Source: an uncultured Nitrospiraceae bacterium
GTDB taxonomy: Bacteria > Nitrospirota > Nitrospiria > Nitrospirales > Nitrospiraceae
Assembly (NCBI GenBank): GCA_963706325.1
Contig: CAVPLT010000001.1
Location: forward strand, 928,001 to 992,000
Length of the DNA: 64,000 nt
Reading direction: 5' to 3'
Within the stretch, counting starts at the first letter, position 1, and every line of letters begins with the position of its first letter. This document shows, one piece after another, positions 51,201 to 59,546 of this stretch. The position numbers and the translations under genes were made by a program. Below the pieces are notes generated by a model. The model was not told the origin of the DNA and did no database searches. It worked only from the letters and a program-made list of their open reading frames with translations.

Positions 51201-53162
51201 CTGTCCGATTGCCAGCTCACTTACAGAGAGGTGTACGTCGACGAGCCTGCCGTCCTTACGAACGACCTGCACCTCGCGTGAGGATCCGATGATGCTCCGT
51301 TTGCCGGCGCTCAGAGACATCGCAAGAAAGTCGTCATGCTGTTCCCGATAGGGGGATGGCATCAAAAGTTTAATATGGCTCCCCACCAGGTCCTGCTCCT
51401 CATATCCAAGCAGGGCAAGCACGGCAGGATTGACGTTTTCGATCCGACCTTGGTCGTCAATGACCATGATCCCGTCGATCGCGCTGTCAAATATGGATTG
51501 GATTTTCCCCTCGCTGTTACGTAGGGCGGATTCGGTGCGTTCATAGTCGGTGATGTCCAGAACGGTTCCGATCATTGTAATGGGCCGGCCGGTTGCGTCA
51601 CGATGCACCACCCCACGGCAGTGAATATGCCGGATTTCTCCGTCGGGCCTGAGAATCCGGCATTTCAGATTGTAAGGCGAGTCATCGTGAAGTGACGTAT
51701 TCACCGCCTCCCGTACTCGGTTTCTGTCATCCGGATGAAGCGCGTCCAGGAAGACTTCGTAACTGGGCCTGGTATGGCCTTGATCGAACCCAAAAATGTG
51801 AAATTGCTCATCAGACCAATGGAGGGATCCATTCTTTAAATCCCATTCCCACGAACCCAGATGAGCCAGTGCTTGCGCTTCGTTCAGAGCTTGTTGCTTC
51901 TTCGATAGGTCCTGTTGGGTCCGCGTTGCCGCCGAATCCAGTGTTTTCCGCGCTGAGATGTCAAGATGGATGCCGGCCGCTCGCAACGGCGCGCCGGATG
52001 CATCTCGGGCGAGGACGCGCCCGCTGCCAAAAATCCATTGCCAGACGCCGCTCCTGTGTAGCAAGCGATGTTCGCTCGAATAACTAGGCGTCTCTCCCCG
52101 AAGATGGGCCGCGACGGCCTCCATCACCGCGGCTTTATCGTCGGGGTGGAGCAGCTGCTCCCAACTCCGGATGTGCGGTTCGATTTCCTCTAGGCGATAT
52201 CCGAGCATGCCGGCCCATCGTTCGTTGAACATCACATGTCCGCTCGGAATGTCCCATTCCCATGTTCCGATATCGGCGGCGTCGACGATCATGTCCATCC
52301 GACTGGCTTGTCGTTCCACCGTCTGTTCATGCACGGTGAGCAATCTCTCCAACTCCACGATTCTCTTGCTCAGCTGGGCAACCCTGGCATCGTTCGAATC
52401 GTTTCTAGTGACGGTCGGCTGCGGGGTGACCGACGCTGGCGATAAGGAAGTCGTGGCCACATGTGGCGCAAGGGTGATTTGTGCACAGAGGGCGAGCGGT
52501 TTGAATAGGTGTGCCGTCGCCTCGGGAATGACCTGCTTGCTGAAGAGGATAACTGAAAAGATATCTCCGTTGGGCAGTGGAGCCCCGAATCCCAGCACCG
52601 AACGCACGCCATACGGGAGTACGAATTCGTCTTGGGCAGGAATATACGGGCTTCCTTCGGCATGAAGCACATGAAAAACATTGAACAGATGTTCCTCCGA
52701 GTCAAGGAGCAGATGATGATTCGGTTGAGTCAATTGAGAAAGTGAGATGCCCAGTTGGTGAAAGAGCTGGCTGAACATCGGCAGTTGGGCGAAATCGTCG
52801 GGGCTACCGAGCGGGACGACTCGGTAACGACTGGAGCGCGAGGGATCGTCCCAGCCTTGTACGGCGCTAGCGCTAGCCAGCAAGGTCAGGCAAGGAAGGG
52901 ACGGATCATCTGGGATCTTCCCTAGTTTTGTGACCGCCAGGTCGCGAAGCTCCGGCGGCAGACGACCATAGGGAGTTGTCTTGAACAATCGGACGAGGAC
53001 GCAGGCCGATTCTTCACTCTGGTCCAGGGTAAAGGAGTTGTACAGATACCGGACCAGGCGATCGGCGGCGGCCTCGAGACTGGTTGCGCCTGTCCCCAGC
53101 ACGCGGAGGGCCGCTCCGCAGGCTGTCATGTCCCTGAGATGGAACGATCGAAGATGGTACAT
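48297..53162 (-). CDS. Cytoplasmic hybrid histidine kinase: unknown N-domain, about six PAS, HisKA, HATPase, two REC
   Basis: GTWEWD/GSWEWD PAS, LMPSPYREQHDDFL FixL-like PAS, MSHEIRTPMN, GGTGLGLAI, MDCQMPEMDG. Confidence 0.92.
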   Translation of the reverse strand: MYHLRSFHLRDMTACGAALRVLGTGATSLEAAADRLVRYLYNSFTLDQSEESACVLVRLFKTTPYGRLPPELRDLAVTKLGKIPDDPSLPCLTLLASASAVQGWDDPSRSSRYRVVPLGSPDDFAQLPMFSQLFHQLGISLSQLTQPNHHLLLDSEEHLFNVFHVLHAEGSPYIPAQDEFVLPYGVRSVLGFGAPLPNGDIFSVILFSKQVIPEATAHLFKPLALCAQITLAPHVATTSLSPASVTPQPTVTRNDSNDARVAQLSKRIVELERLLTVHEQTVERQASRMDMIVDAADIGTWEWDIPSGHVMFNERWAGMLGYRLEEIEPHIRSWEQLLHPDDKAAVMEAVAAHLRGETPSYSSEHRLLHRSGVWQWIFGSGRVLARDASGAPLRAAGIHLDISARKTLDSAATRTQQDLSKKQQALNEAQALAHLGSWEWDLKNGSLHWSDEQFHIFGFDQGHTRPSYEVFLDALHPDDRNRVREAVNTSLHDDSPYNLKCRILRPDGEIRHIHCRGVVHRDATGRPITMIGTVLDITDYERTESALRNSEGKIQSIFDSAIDGIMVIDDQGRIENVNPAVLALLGYEEQDLVGSHIKLLMPSPYREQHDDFLAMSLSAGKRSIIGSSREVQVVRKDGRLVDVHLSVSELAIGQSRKYTGMFRDISERKSLEGALQESEERFRQLADHIDAVFWLTSADTHHMLYVSPGFESIWGRSRDDLYANPMLWIECIHPDDRERIAVAAACQTSLPYDEEYRIVTATGTVRWIRDRGFPVKDQEGKVYRLAGIAVDITDAKQLESTVRAGELRYRSLVELSPNSIFVICSNRIVFANNACATLLGAMTLSQLLGRPIADFMQRDARSLVEERAGGIDREGRDAQMVERVRRLDGRVIIAEIAAAPVTYEGKSATLVILTDVTERKHLEDALLSTNAQLMGILNAARRLSIIATDTTGRITTFNAGAEALLGYAAEEMLGKHSPNILHIPAEIERRGQELSTPRGLPVRGFNVLVHNARQGGFDEHEWTYVRKDGTHFTALVTITALRNEENVILGYLAVGHDITQRKKAEAALLLTAQELEAKNSELAKARDQALQAVQLKTDFLATMSHEIRTPMNAIIGMTGLLLDTDLTEEQHEFADTVRRSSDALLTLVNDILDFSKIEAGKLQFENLAFDLRTTVEDTLELLAEQAQSKGLELIGLVDAAVPIGVLGDPGRVRQILVNLIGNAIKFTPTGEVFLHVTCEGGGEAAVLRFTITDTGIGIPEAVQARLFQAFTQADSSTTRRYGGTGLGLAICQRLVKQMRGQIGIESRPRQGSTFWFTAELPEAALAPPPLTISLTQLRGRRVLLVNHNRTTRHALHQQLVPYGIDCVEAQNGPDAYERAQAAAAKQKPFDLALIELHLPDMDGFQVATGLKSDPATAATRVVVLTTVGRRGDGGRAQAHGVDAYLTKPLRQSQLLECLCRLLDTPAPAGIQQPASTTPLITRHTLAEAHTSTLTRLLLAEDNPINQKVACKILEKLGCRVDVVGNGQEAVAAHERAPYPLIFMDCQMPEMDGFEATAMIRKMEGSSGHTPVVAMTANAMKGDREKCLAAGMDDYVAKPIRPKDLQTILDTWLPKRGEASAA

Positions 53163-53267
53163 GGGCGGCAGCGTGAATCTCCGGACGCAGAAAGAGTTTT
53201 CCGGATACTCTTTCGGTGCGCGGTGGACCGAACTTAAGTTGATGACAACTGTCCATAAAGAGATGCC

Positions 53268-54086
53268 TCATTCAGACAAGTGTGTCAGGTAAAAGGCAGC
53301 AGCCTGGGATCTCCTCGTAAGGTGCAGCTTGGTGTATACGTTGGCTAGATAATTCTTGACCGTTTTGTCGCTGAGGCCGAGTTCTGCCGCGATTTCTTTG
53401 TTGGTTTTTCCTTGGGCAATAAGCGGAAGCAGGCGTTGCTCCTGAGGCGACAGCAGATGCCGCCCTCGCTCAGGCTCTCGATCCGCAAGTTTACGAAGAT
53501 AGGCAAAGGTATGCCTGGTCATGCCGGGATCGAGATACGACTGCCCCTTACTGACCGTCCGCAGCGCATGGAGGAGCGTTTCGGTTCCGGCGTCCTGTAG
53601 CACATACCCATGAGCTCCGGTGGCCACAGCCGACAGTAGGACTGTGTCATCCAGCGTATCGGTGAGGAACAGGATACGCGTGGTCGGCAGCTTAGCGAGA
53701 ATCTCCTTAGCCGTGTCGATGCTTGCGCCGTCCTGCACCCGTAGGTCGAGCATCACAAGGTCAGGTTTGAGTTGAAGAATGAGCGGCACTGCGTCCTGTC
53801 GCAAACTTGCCTCTCCGATCACGGTAAAGTCTGTGACGGATTCGAGCAGTGTGCGTATACCCACTCGCACCAGTTCTTGCGGATTGACAATGAACACGCG
53901 GGACAGTTTCCCCTGATTCTGATTCATAGGTGTATTCCAAGTTGATGGATGCTGGATTGCTTTATGGTTCACAACTCTGAGAGAAGCCTCTTGTTCCGAC
54001 AATCCGATTGGAGAGGCGGATACCATGGCGCCGGATGGCGCTGAACTCGGTGCTCGAGTGGGTTTTGGTTCGTGATGTATCGCCAT
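53268..54086 (-). CDS. NarL/FixJ-family response regulator (REC + LuxR HTH)
   Basis: PDLVMLDL, LSPQEQR...GKTNKEIA..L.LSDKTVKNY; start 54086 (AAAGGAGA RBS) or 53927. Confidence 0.9.
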   Translation of the reverse strand: MAIHHEPKPTRAPSSAPSGAMVSASPIGLSEQEASLRVVNHKAIQHPSTWNTPMNQNQGKLSRVFIVNPQELVRVGIRTLLESVTDFTVIGEASLRQDAVPLILQLKPDLVMLDLRVQDGASIDTAKEILAKLPTTRILFLTDTLDDTVLLSAVATGAHGYVLQDAGTETLLHALRTVSKGQSYLDPGMTRHTFAYLRKLADREPERGRHLLSPQEQRLLPLIAQGKTNKEIAAELGLSDKTVKNYLANVYTKLHLTRRSQAAAFYLTHLSE

Positions 54087-54187
54087 GGCGTGATCTCCTT
54101 TCCGTAAAATACCTCTGCCCTCATGCGACCCCTCTTTCGTCAGAGGGGCTTCGTCATTCCGTCGAACATGGAGCACCGACCACACCA

Positions 54188-55501
54188 CTAAGACACCTCT
54201 GCCAGGTGACCGAGCGTGGCCTGTTCCACGATGGGAAATGGGATATGAGCTCGGACCCCGACGTCCACACGAGAGAGCGCCAGAACGACATTTTTCCCAC
54301 CGAATCCGAAGCTGTTGATCAGGGCTTTGCCGATGCGAGAAGGTCTGCCCTGCAATGCCACGTAATCCAGGTCACAGGTAGGGTCAGGGTTCGTCAAATG
54401 CAACGTGGGGGGAATGAATTGATGCTCCATGGCCAGTGCCGTACCGATCACCTGAAAGGCGCCACTCGCTGCGAACGCATGGCCCAGAGCAGATTTAAAC
54501 GAGCTGACAGGTACGCGATAGGCATGGGATCCCAGTGATTCTTTGATGGCGGTTGTTTCGATACTGTCGAGCTCCATGGTCCCCAGGCCGCAGGCGTTGA
54601 CATATTCGACTTCTTCAGGAAACCAACTGGCGGTAATCAAGGCCCGGTCGATTGCGCGTTTTTGCTCCTTGCCCGACGCCAACGGACGCGCCATGGAATA
54701 GGCATCGCATGTGAAGCCCCATCCTTCAAGCTCCGCGTACATGTGAGCTCCGCGTAAGCGCGCGTGATCGTAGTCCTCCAGTATGAGGCAACCGGCGCCT
54801 TCGCCCAGCACCATGCCACAACGTGTTCGATCAAATGGACGAGGCAGATTGCGGACCGTGCCGCCGTGATCGGGCGCGAGTACCCGTCCTGCCTCCATCG
54901 CCGAAAAAATGGTGGGATGCAGCGGGGCTTCAGTACCTCCGGCCAAAATGATATCGGCATTGCCGGAGCGAATCATCTCGAATGCTCGGCCGATGGCATT
55001 GGCCGTCGAGGAGCATCCGATGGAGTAGGTTTCGCATTCTCCGTTGATACCGAGCGCAATGGCAATTTCTCCCGACACGGCGTTGGGGAATGTCGATGCC
55101 ATGGTGAAAGGGCTGAGGTGTTGGTGCTTCAGCATGCTGTCGTGTGCCGCAAATGCCTCGCGCAGTCCTGCGATAGACGTGCCGAGGCAAATCGCCATTT
55201 CCGAACGATTTTCATGCTCGATGTCCAGTCTGGCGTCCCGCACCGCCATCAGCGCCGCCGCGACGGCGAAATGACTGACGCGGCCCATGCGTCGAGCTTG
55301 CTTCCGCGGAATAAAATCCTCGGCATCGAAGTCTTTTACTTCGCCGGCGAGGCTGGAGGAAAACGGGGCCGTATCGAAAGAGGAGAGCGGCGCAATCCCG
55401 CTCTGGCCTGTGCTGAGCAAATGCCAAAACGTCTGCAAATTATTTCCCAGAGGGGACACGATACCAAGCCCCGTGATGACGACTCTGCGCATCTGTTTCA
55501 T
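54188..55501 (-). CDS. FabF-like ketosynthase with non-canonical active site
   Basis: RRVVITGLG, GCSS (catalytic Cys), YVNACGLGT in place of NAHGT, KSALGH, INSFGFGG; GGGAGG RBS. Confidence 0.9.
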   Translation of the reverse strand: MKQMRRVVITGLGIVSPLGNNLQTFWHLLSTGQSGIAPLSSFDTAPFSSSLAGEVKDFDAEDFIPRKQARRMGRVSHFAVAAALMAVRDARLDIEHENRSEMAICLGTSIAGLREAFAAHDSMLKHQHLSPFTMASTFPNAVSGEIAIALGINGECETYSIGCSSTANAIGRAFEMIRSGNADIILAGGTEAPLHPTIFSAMEAGRVLAPDHGGTVRNLPRPFDRTRCGMVLGEGAGCLILEDYDHARLRGAHMYAELEGWGFTCDAYSMARPLASGKEQKRAIDRALITASWFPEEVEYVNACGLGTMELDSIETTAIKESLGSHAYRVPVSSFKSALGHAFAASGAFQVIGTALAMEHQFIPPTLHLTNPDPTCDLDYVALQGRPSRIGKALINSFGFGGKNVVLALSRVDVGVRAHIPFPIVEQATLGHLAEVS

Positions 55502-55517
55502 GGATTCAACCTCCCTG

Positions 55518-56819
55518 TTACGACTGTTGATGACGGTCACGACATGCTTCACCCTCATGCCAAGCGATCAGGTGTTCATGATGGCTCTGAGACACGGCGG
55601 ACGGCGGGTAGTACTTGTCGTAGAAACTTAGGTCCAGATGGTGGGCCTGACAGGCCACGATGGATTTAAACGCGTCGACGTGGGCGGGAAATCGTCCATA
55701 GGTCTGAACGACGTACTCGCAAAATGCGATGGCGGCGGCGATGCCTTGTTCAGAGTGCCGCGGGATCTGAGGTTTGATCGACGGATTGTTCCAAGGCTGA
55801 GAGTCGGGGGTTGCATACAATCCGGTAGCCCCGAATTTGGAGGCGATCAGGTTGAGGACGGCCTCCTCCATGTTGCCGATCAGGGGAGGACAGGGGGCCT
55901 CCCAGACGCCCGGGAGACCGACGGGATTCGGTCGGCGAGGCCCGGTGGTCGGCATGTGAAACTGAAAGCCGAGTCCCGGAACAAGATGTGGTTCGATGCC
56001 TAGGAGGTGGCGACCGCTCCCGACGCTGTGAATTCCGCCACCCAACCCCATGGCCTGTTCCATAAGAAAAATATGCTCCGCGACGATTCCCTGCTCCTGA
56101 AGGGCAGTATCGCTGATGGCGTTATCCAGGTCGCGCAACGTCATCGTGCGGCGCTTGGCCGGGTCATCATGGAGGTGTCCTCCGCGGCTTTTACTGAAAC
56201 GATCGAGCCCGCAGGCGCTATTTCCGTTATCGGTGTCGACAATGAAATAGCCGTACTCATCACTGAGCAAGACCAAGAGTAGGTTCAGATAGACGCTGGC
56301 GATCTCGGTGACAGGAATGAAGTACGTAGAGCCGGGACGATTGGCATACCACTGGTTGAAACTGAGCATGAATGGCAGCTGCCGGGGAATATCGAGTCGC
56401 TCGGCGGACAATTCCGTCAATTTCGTCATGGCCGGGTCTTCAGGCGACGCCGATTCCTTGACAAAATAGGTTCCTGAATCATTCGTGAAAAACAGCCGAG
56501 TCGTTTGAGCGGCACAGGCGCTGGGTACCGTGCGCCCTTGGAGACTCATAAGGGCCATTCCCTGACCGTCCTCGGAGTGAGGACGAGATGAAAACTGCAT
56601 GTCCGCCGTGTGAGCGCCGGTTTTCCCTACCCCAGCAAAAATCAGATGGCGCTCTTCTTCCGCGTTCAGGGGTAGGGGAGGGAGGGAGCTCTTATACTGG
56701 AGAGGGCCGGCGGGTAATTCCATGCCGCACCCGAACCGTCGCGTCTTTCGCTGTTCCAGCAATTCCATAAATGCTTGCACAGAAGTGGATCGGGAAACCT
56801 GGCACGCTGAATTCGCCAT
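55518..56819 (-). CDS. Nitroreductase-fold (putative FMN-dependent) oxidoreductase-like protein
   Basis: N-terminal RKTRRF, GRTVPSA, IFLMEQAMGLGG patterns typical of the nitroreductase fold; AAGGAGG RBS. Confidence 0.6.
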   Translation of the reverse strand: MANSACQVSRSTSVQAFMELLEQRKTRRFGCGMELPAGPLQYKSSLPPLPLNAEEERHLIFAGVGKTGAHTADMQFSSRPHSEDGQGMALMSLQGRTVPSACAAQTTRLFFTNDSGTYFVKESASPEDPAMTKLTELSAERLDIPRQLPFMLSFNQWYANRPGSTYFIPVTEIASVYLNLLLVLLSDEYGYFIVDTDNGNSACGLDRFSKSRGGHLHDDPAKRRTMTLRDLDNAISDTALQEQGIVAEHIFLMEQAMGLGGGIHSVGSGRHLLGIEPHLVPGLGFQFHMPTTGPRRPNPVGLPGVWEAPCPPLIGNMEEAVLNLIASKFGATGLYATPDSQPWNNPSIKPQIPRHSEQGIAAAIAFCEYVVQTYGRFPAHVDAFKSIVACQAHHLDLSFYDKYYPPSAVSQSHHEHLIAWHEGEACRDRHQQS

Positions 56820-56912
56820 GTCGTCCTCCTTATGTCGGTCCCCGCTGCGTCGCCGGTGAGCGGCACGTTCTGCGGATGATGCGACACCCTACTGGAAACA
56901 TTTAAGGAAGGA

Positions 56913-56932
56913 ACCTACCCGGCCGGGTAGGT
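56913..56932. promoter_or_regulatory. lux-box-like operator, perfect 20-bp palindrome
   Basis: ACCTACCCGGCCGGGTAGGT fits ACCT-N12-AGGT; candidate -10 hexamers lie 21 nt away on each side. Confidence 0.8.
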
Positions 56933-57076
56933 CTCATGAATGGGACGTTGCTCTATGGTGCGGATGCGCGTGGTTGAGTTTCAGACAGGACTACGTACAG
57001 AGAACGAGAAAACGCAACGCTCTTATTCTCTCCTTCCTGCCGTCGCAGGGAGGCGTCACCACCAGGAGGCATGCAT

Positions 57077-58633
57077 ATGACACCATCAACTTCTCCCGGA
57101 TGCCCGTATCACTCGGCAGCGGCCGCCCAATCGAACGTCGCGCCGGCCCCTGCATCGCCAGGCCGCACATTGGCGGATCTTCCCGGACCTAAGGGACTGC
57201 CGATTCTTGGAAATCTTTTGCAGTTGGACTTGAAGCATCTCCACACCGTCCTCGAACAGTGGGCGCGCGAGCATGGTCCGATGTATCAATTCCGGATTGC
57301 CCACAAGGCCGTCGTGGCCGTGACCGACACGGACCTCATCAACGAAGTCCTGCGTAAGCGACCGGATGCGTATCGCCGTCTGAATGCCATCGAACCTGTG
57401 TTGAAAGAGATGGGGATCAATGGAGTATTTTCCGCCGAAGGGGATCATTGGTATCGACAACGTCGGATCGCCATGCAGGCCCTCAATACTGCTCATTTGC
57501 GCCAGTTCTTCGAAACGCTCGTCAAGGTGACGGGTCGATTGAAAGCCCGGTGGGAGAAGGCCGTGGCCAAAGGGAGTGCCGTGGAGGCGCAAAAAGATTT
57601 GAGTCGGTACACCATCGATGTGACCGCCAATCTGGCATTTGGATACGATGTCAATACGCTTGAAACAGAAGGCGATGAGCTCCAGGGTCATTTGGCGCGG
57701 ATCTTCCCCATGGTCAATCGTCGCATCAATGCGCCGTTCCCGTATTGGCATTTTATGAAGACGCCGGCGGATCGAGCCTTGGAGGAATCGTTGGCGTTTG
57801 TTCACCGGGCGATCCGCGGGTACATCGCCAACAGCCGGGCTCGCTTGGCGAACGATCCTGAGTTGGCGGCCCATCCGACCAACTTTCTGGAGGCTATGTT
57901 GGCCACGCGCGAGACGGATGGTCCCGAGTTCACCGACGAGGAGATCTCCGGCAACGTCTTGACGATGTTGCTGGGCGGGGAAGACTCCACCGCCGCAACG
58001 ATGGCCTGGATGTTTCATTTCTTGGCGGAGCATCCTGATATTCAGGCGCGCGCGCAGACGGAAGTGGACGAGGTGCTGGGCAACGGCGACATGCTGACGG
58101 CCTATCGTGACCACGAACGACTGCCCTATGTGGAGGCCGTTGCATTCGAGACGATGCGCTTGAAGTCCGTATTTCCCGTGCTGTTTTTAGGCACGAATCA
58201 AGACGTCCAGTTAGGTGGTGTGCGGATTCCGGCCGATACGGCGATCTTCTTGCTCACCAGGCAATGCGGGATGCAGGAGGAGGCCTTTGCGTCGCCGCAG
58301 CAATTCTTGCCGGAGCGTTGGTTGGTATCTGGCGCGGGTACTCAGGAGGGACACAATACAAAAGCGTTCGTTCCATTTGGCGCCGGTCCGCGGTTTTGTC
58401 CGGGACGTAATTTGGCGCTCCTTGAAATCAAAGCCATCATGGCGATGCTCTGTCGAAACTTTTCGATTTCCAAACCAATGAACGCTCGTTCAGTCGAAGA
58501 GCAATTCGGCTTTTTAATGGCGCCCGCAAATCTCTCCGTTGTGATGCGCAGGCGAAACAATGCGTCACGTTCAATCGGTGAGGAGTTCCCGCACGCCGGC
58601 TTGGAGCTGCCGTTCGCGACGACGCGATCGTAA
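57077..58633 (+). CDS. Cytochrome P450
   Basis: PGPKGLPILGN, I-helix GGEDST, ETMR (ExxR), PERW, FGAGPRFCPG haem Cys; AGGAGG RBS. Confidence 0.95.
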   Translation: MTPSTSPGCPYHSAAAAQSNVAPAPASPGRTLADLPGPKGLPILGNLLQLDLKHLHTVLEQWAREHGPMYQFRIAHKAVVAVTDTDLINEVLRKRPDAYRRLNAIEPVLKEMGINGVFSAEGDHWYRQRRIAMQALNTAHLRQFFETLVKVTGRLKARWEKAVAKGSAVEAQKDLSRYTIDVTANLAFGYDVNTLETEGDELQGHLARIFPMVNRRINAPFPYWHFMKTPADRALEESLAFVHRAIRGYIANSRARLANDPELAAHPTNFLEAMLATRETDGPEFTDEEISGNVLTMLLGGEDSTAATMAWMFHFLAEHPDIQARAQTEVDEVLGNGDMLTAYRDHERLPYVEAVAFETMRLKSVFPVLFLGTNQDVQLGGVRIPADTAIFLLTRQCGMQEEAFASPQQFLPERWLVSGAGTQEGHNTKAFVPFGAGPRFCPGRNLALLEIKAIMAMLCRNFSISKPMNARSVEEQFGFLMAPANLSVVMRRRNNASRSIGEEFPHAGLELPFATTRS

Positions 58634-58691
58634 CGGTGGGTTGCCTCCGGGCGATAGAGGGCACTTAGGTGGCAGCTGAGGCGCTTCGTTC

Positions 58692-59546
58692 CTATCGAGC
58701 GAGATGCGAGGGGCTTGGCGGTTGAATGGTAGGGAGAGGTCTGTCGGAGGTCAGTGAGACCTTAGATGACTGGCGTGGAGCGGGTGGAACCAACAAGCCC
58801 TTCGCGCTGTTCTGCCATTGGGCGACCGCCGCCCAGCGATTTTCGACGCCGCCGAGCTTTTGATAGACATTCTTGAGGTGAAATTTAATCGTATTGAGGC
58901 TGACGTGCAGGATGATGGAAATTTCCCAGTTCGTTTTGCCTTCGGCGACCCATCGCATAATTTCTTCTTCTCGGGCCGTCAGAGCGGGACTGTCCGTCGA
59001 CGTCTGGTCGTCGGTGACTTGGGTCGTGGCGCGCAAGTAGGCCAAATGAAAATGAGGCGCCAGAATTTGCATCATGGTCCGAAGGCGGGTCATCAATCGC
59101 TGGTCGAAGTTGCTGAAGGCGTAATAGGTGCACAGTCCGAGCACACCACGCACCCCCACGGTCAAGCAGGTCTTGATTCCCGCATCGAGTTTGAGATTAA
59201 TCACTTCACGCGGAATCGGCATATCAAGGCAGTCTTCGCTCGATACGGTGCCGATATGAGTTTTTTGAAGCAGTTGGATCGCAGGATCCGTGACATATCC
59301 CTGCGTCGCATAGAGATGGGTATGTTCATCACCGTAGGTTGAATGTCCGATCTCCAATGCCTTTTTCTGGATATGAAACGATCCGTTGGCCGAGAATCGG
59401 TGGGGAATCAACGAGGCGACGGCTGCCGTCAGGTCGGGCAATTGAGCGCGCTCCTGTATGCGTCGCACGCGTTCCATGACTTCGCCCATGTGTTGGAATT
59501 CTTTGCGCGAAAGATATTGAAAGCTCTCAGGTCCCCGAAAGATCAT
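58692..59546 (-). CDS. LuxR-family regulator with autoinducer-binding-like N-domain (LuxR solo)
   Basis: LTAREEEIMRWVAEGKTNWEISIIL..S..TIKFHLKN quorum-sensing-type HTH; Y...DP motif in the N-domain; no REC; AGGAGG RBS. Confidence 0.88.
   Translation of the reverse strand: MIFRGPESFQYLSRKEFQHMGEVMERVRRIQERAQLPDLTAAVASLIPHRFSANGSFHIQKKALEIGHSTYGDEHTHLYATQGYVTDPAIQLLQKTHIGTVSSEDCLDMPIPREVINLKLDAGIKTCLTVGVRGVLGLCTYYAFSNFDQRLMTRLRTMMQILAPHFHLAYLRATTQVTDDQTSTDSPALTAREEEIMRWVAEGKTNWEISIILHVSLNTIKFHLKNVYQKLGGVENRWAAVAQWQNSAKGLLVPPAPRQSSKVSLTSDRPLPTIQPPSPSHLAR

Noticed and set aside
54129..54148. Hairpin CCCCTCT-6nt-AGAGGGG between the KS and the response regulator as a terminator
   Set aside because: Short stem and no U-tract on the coding strand
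57086..58114. 342-aa ORF opposite the P450, and similar long antisense ORFs (18096-19088, 43405-44454, 54764-55669)
   Set aside because: They overlap well-supported genes on the other strand and lack motifs, as expected in GC-rich DNA
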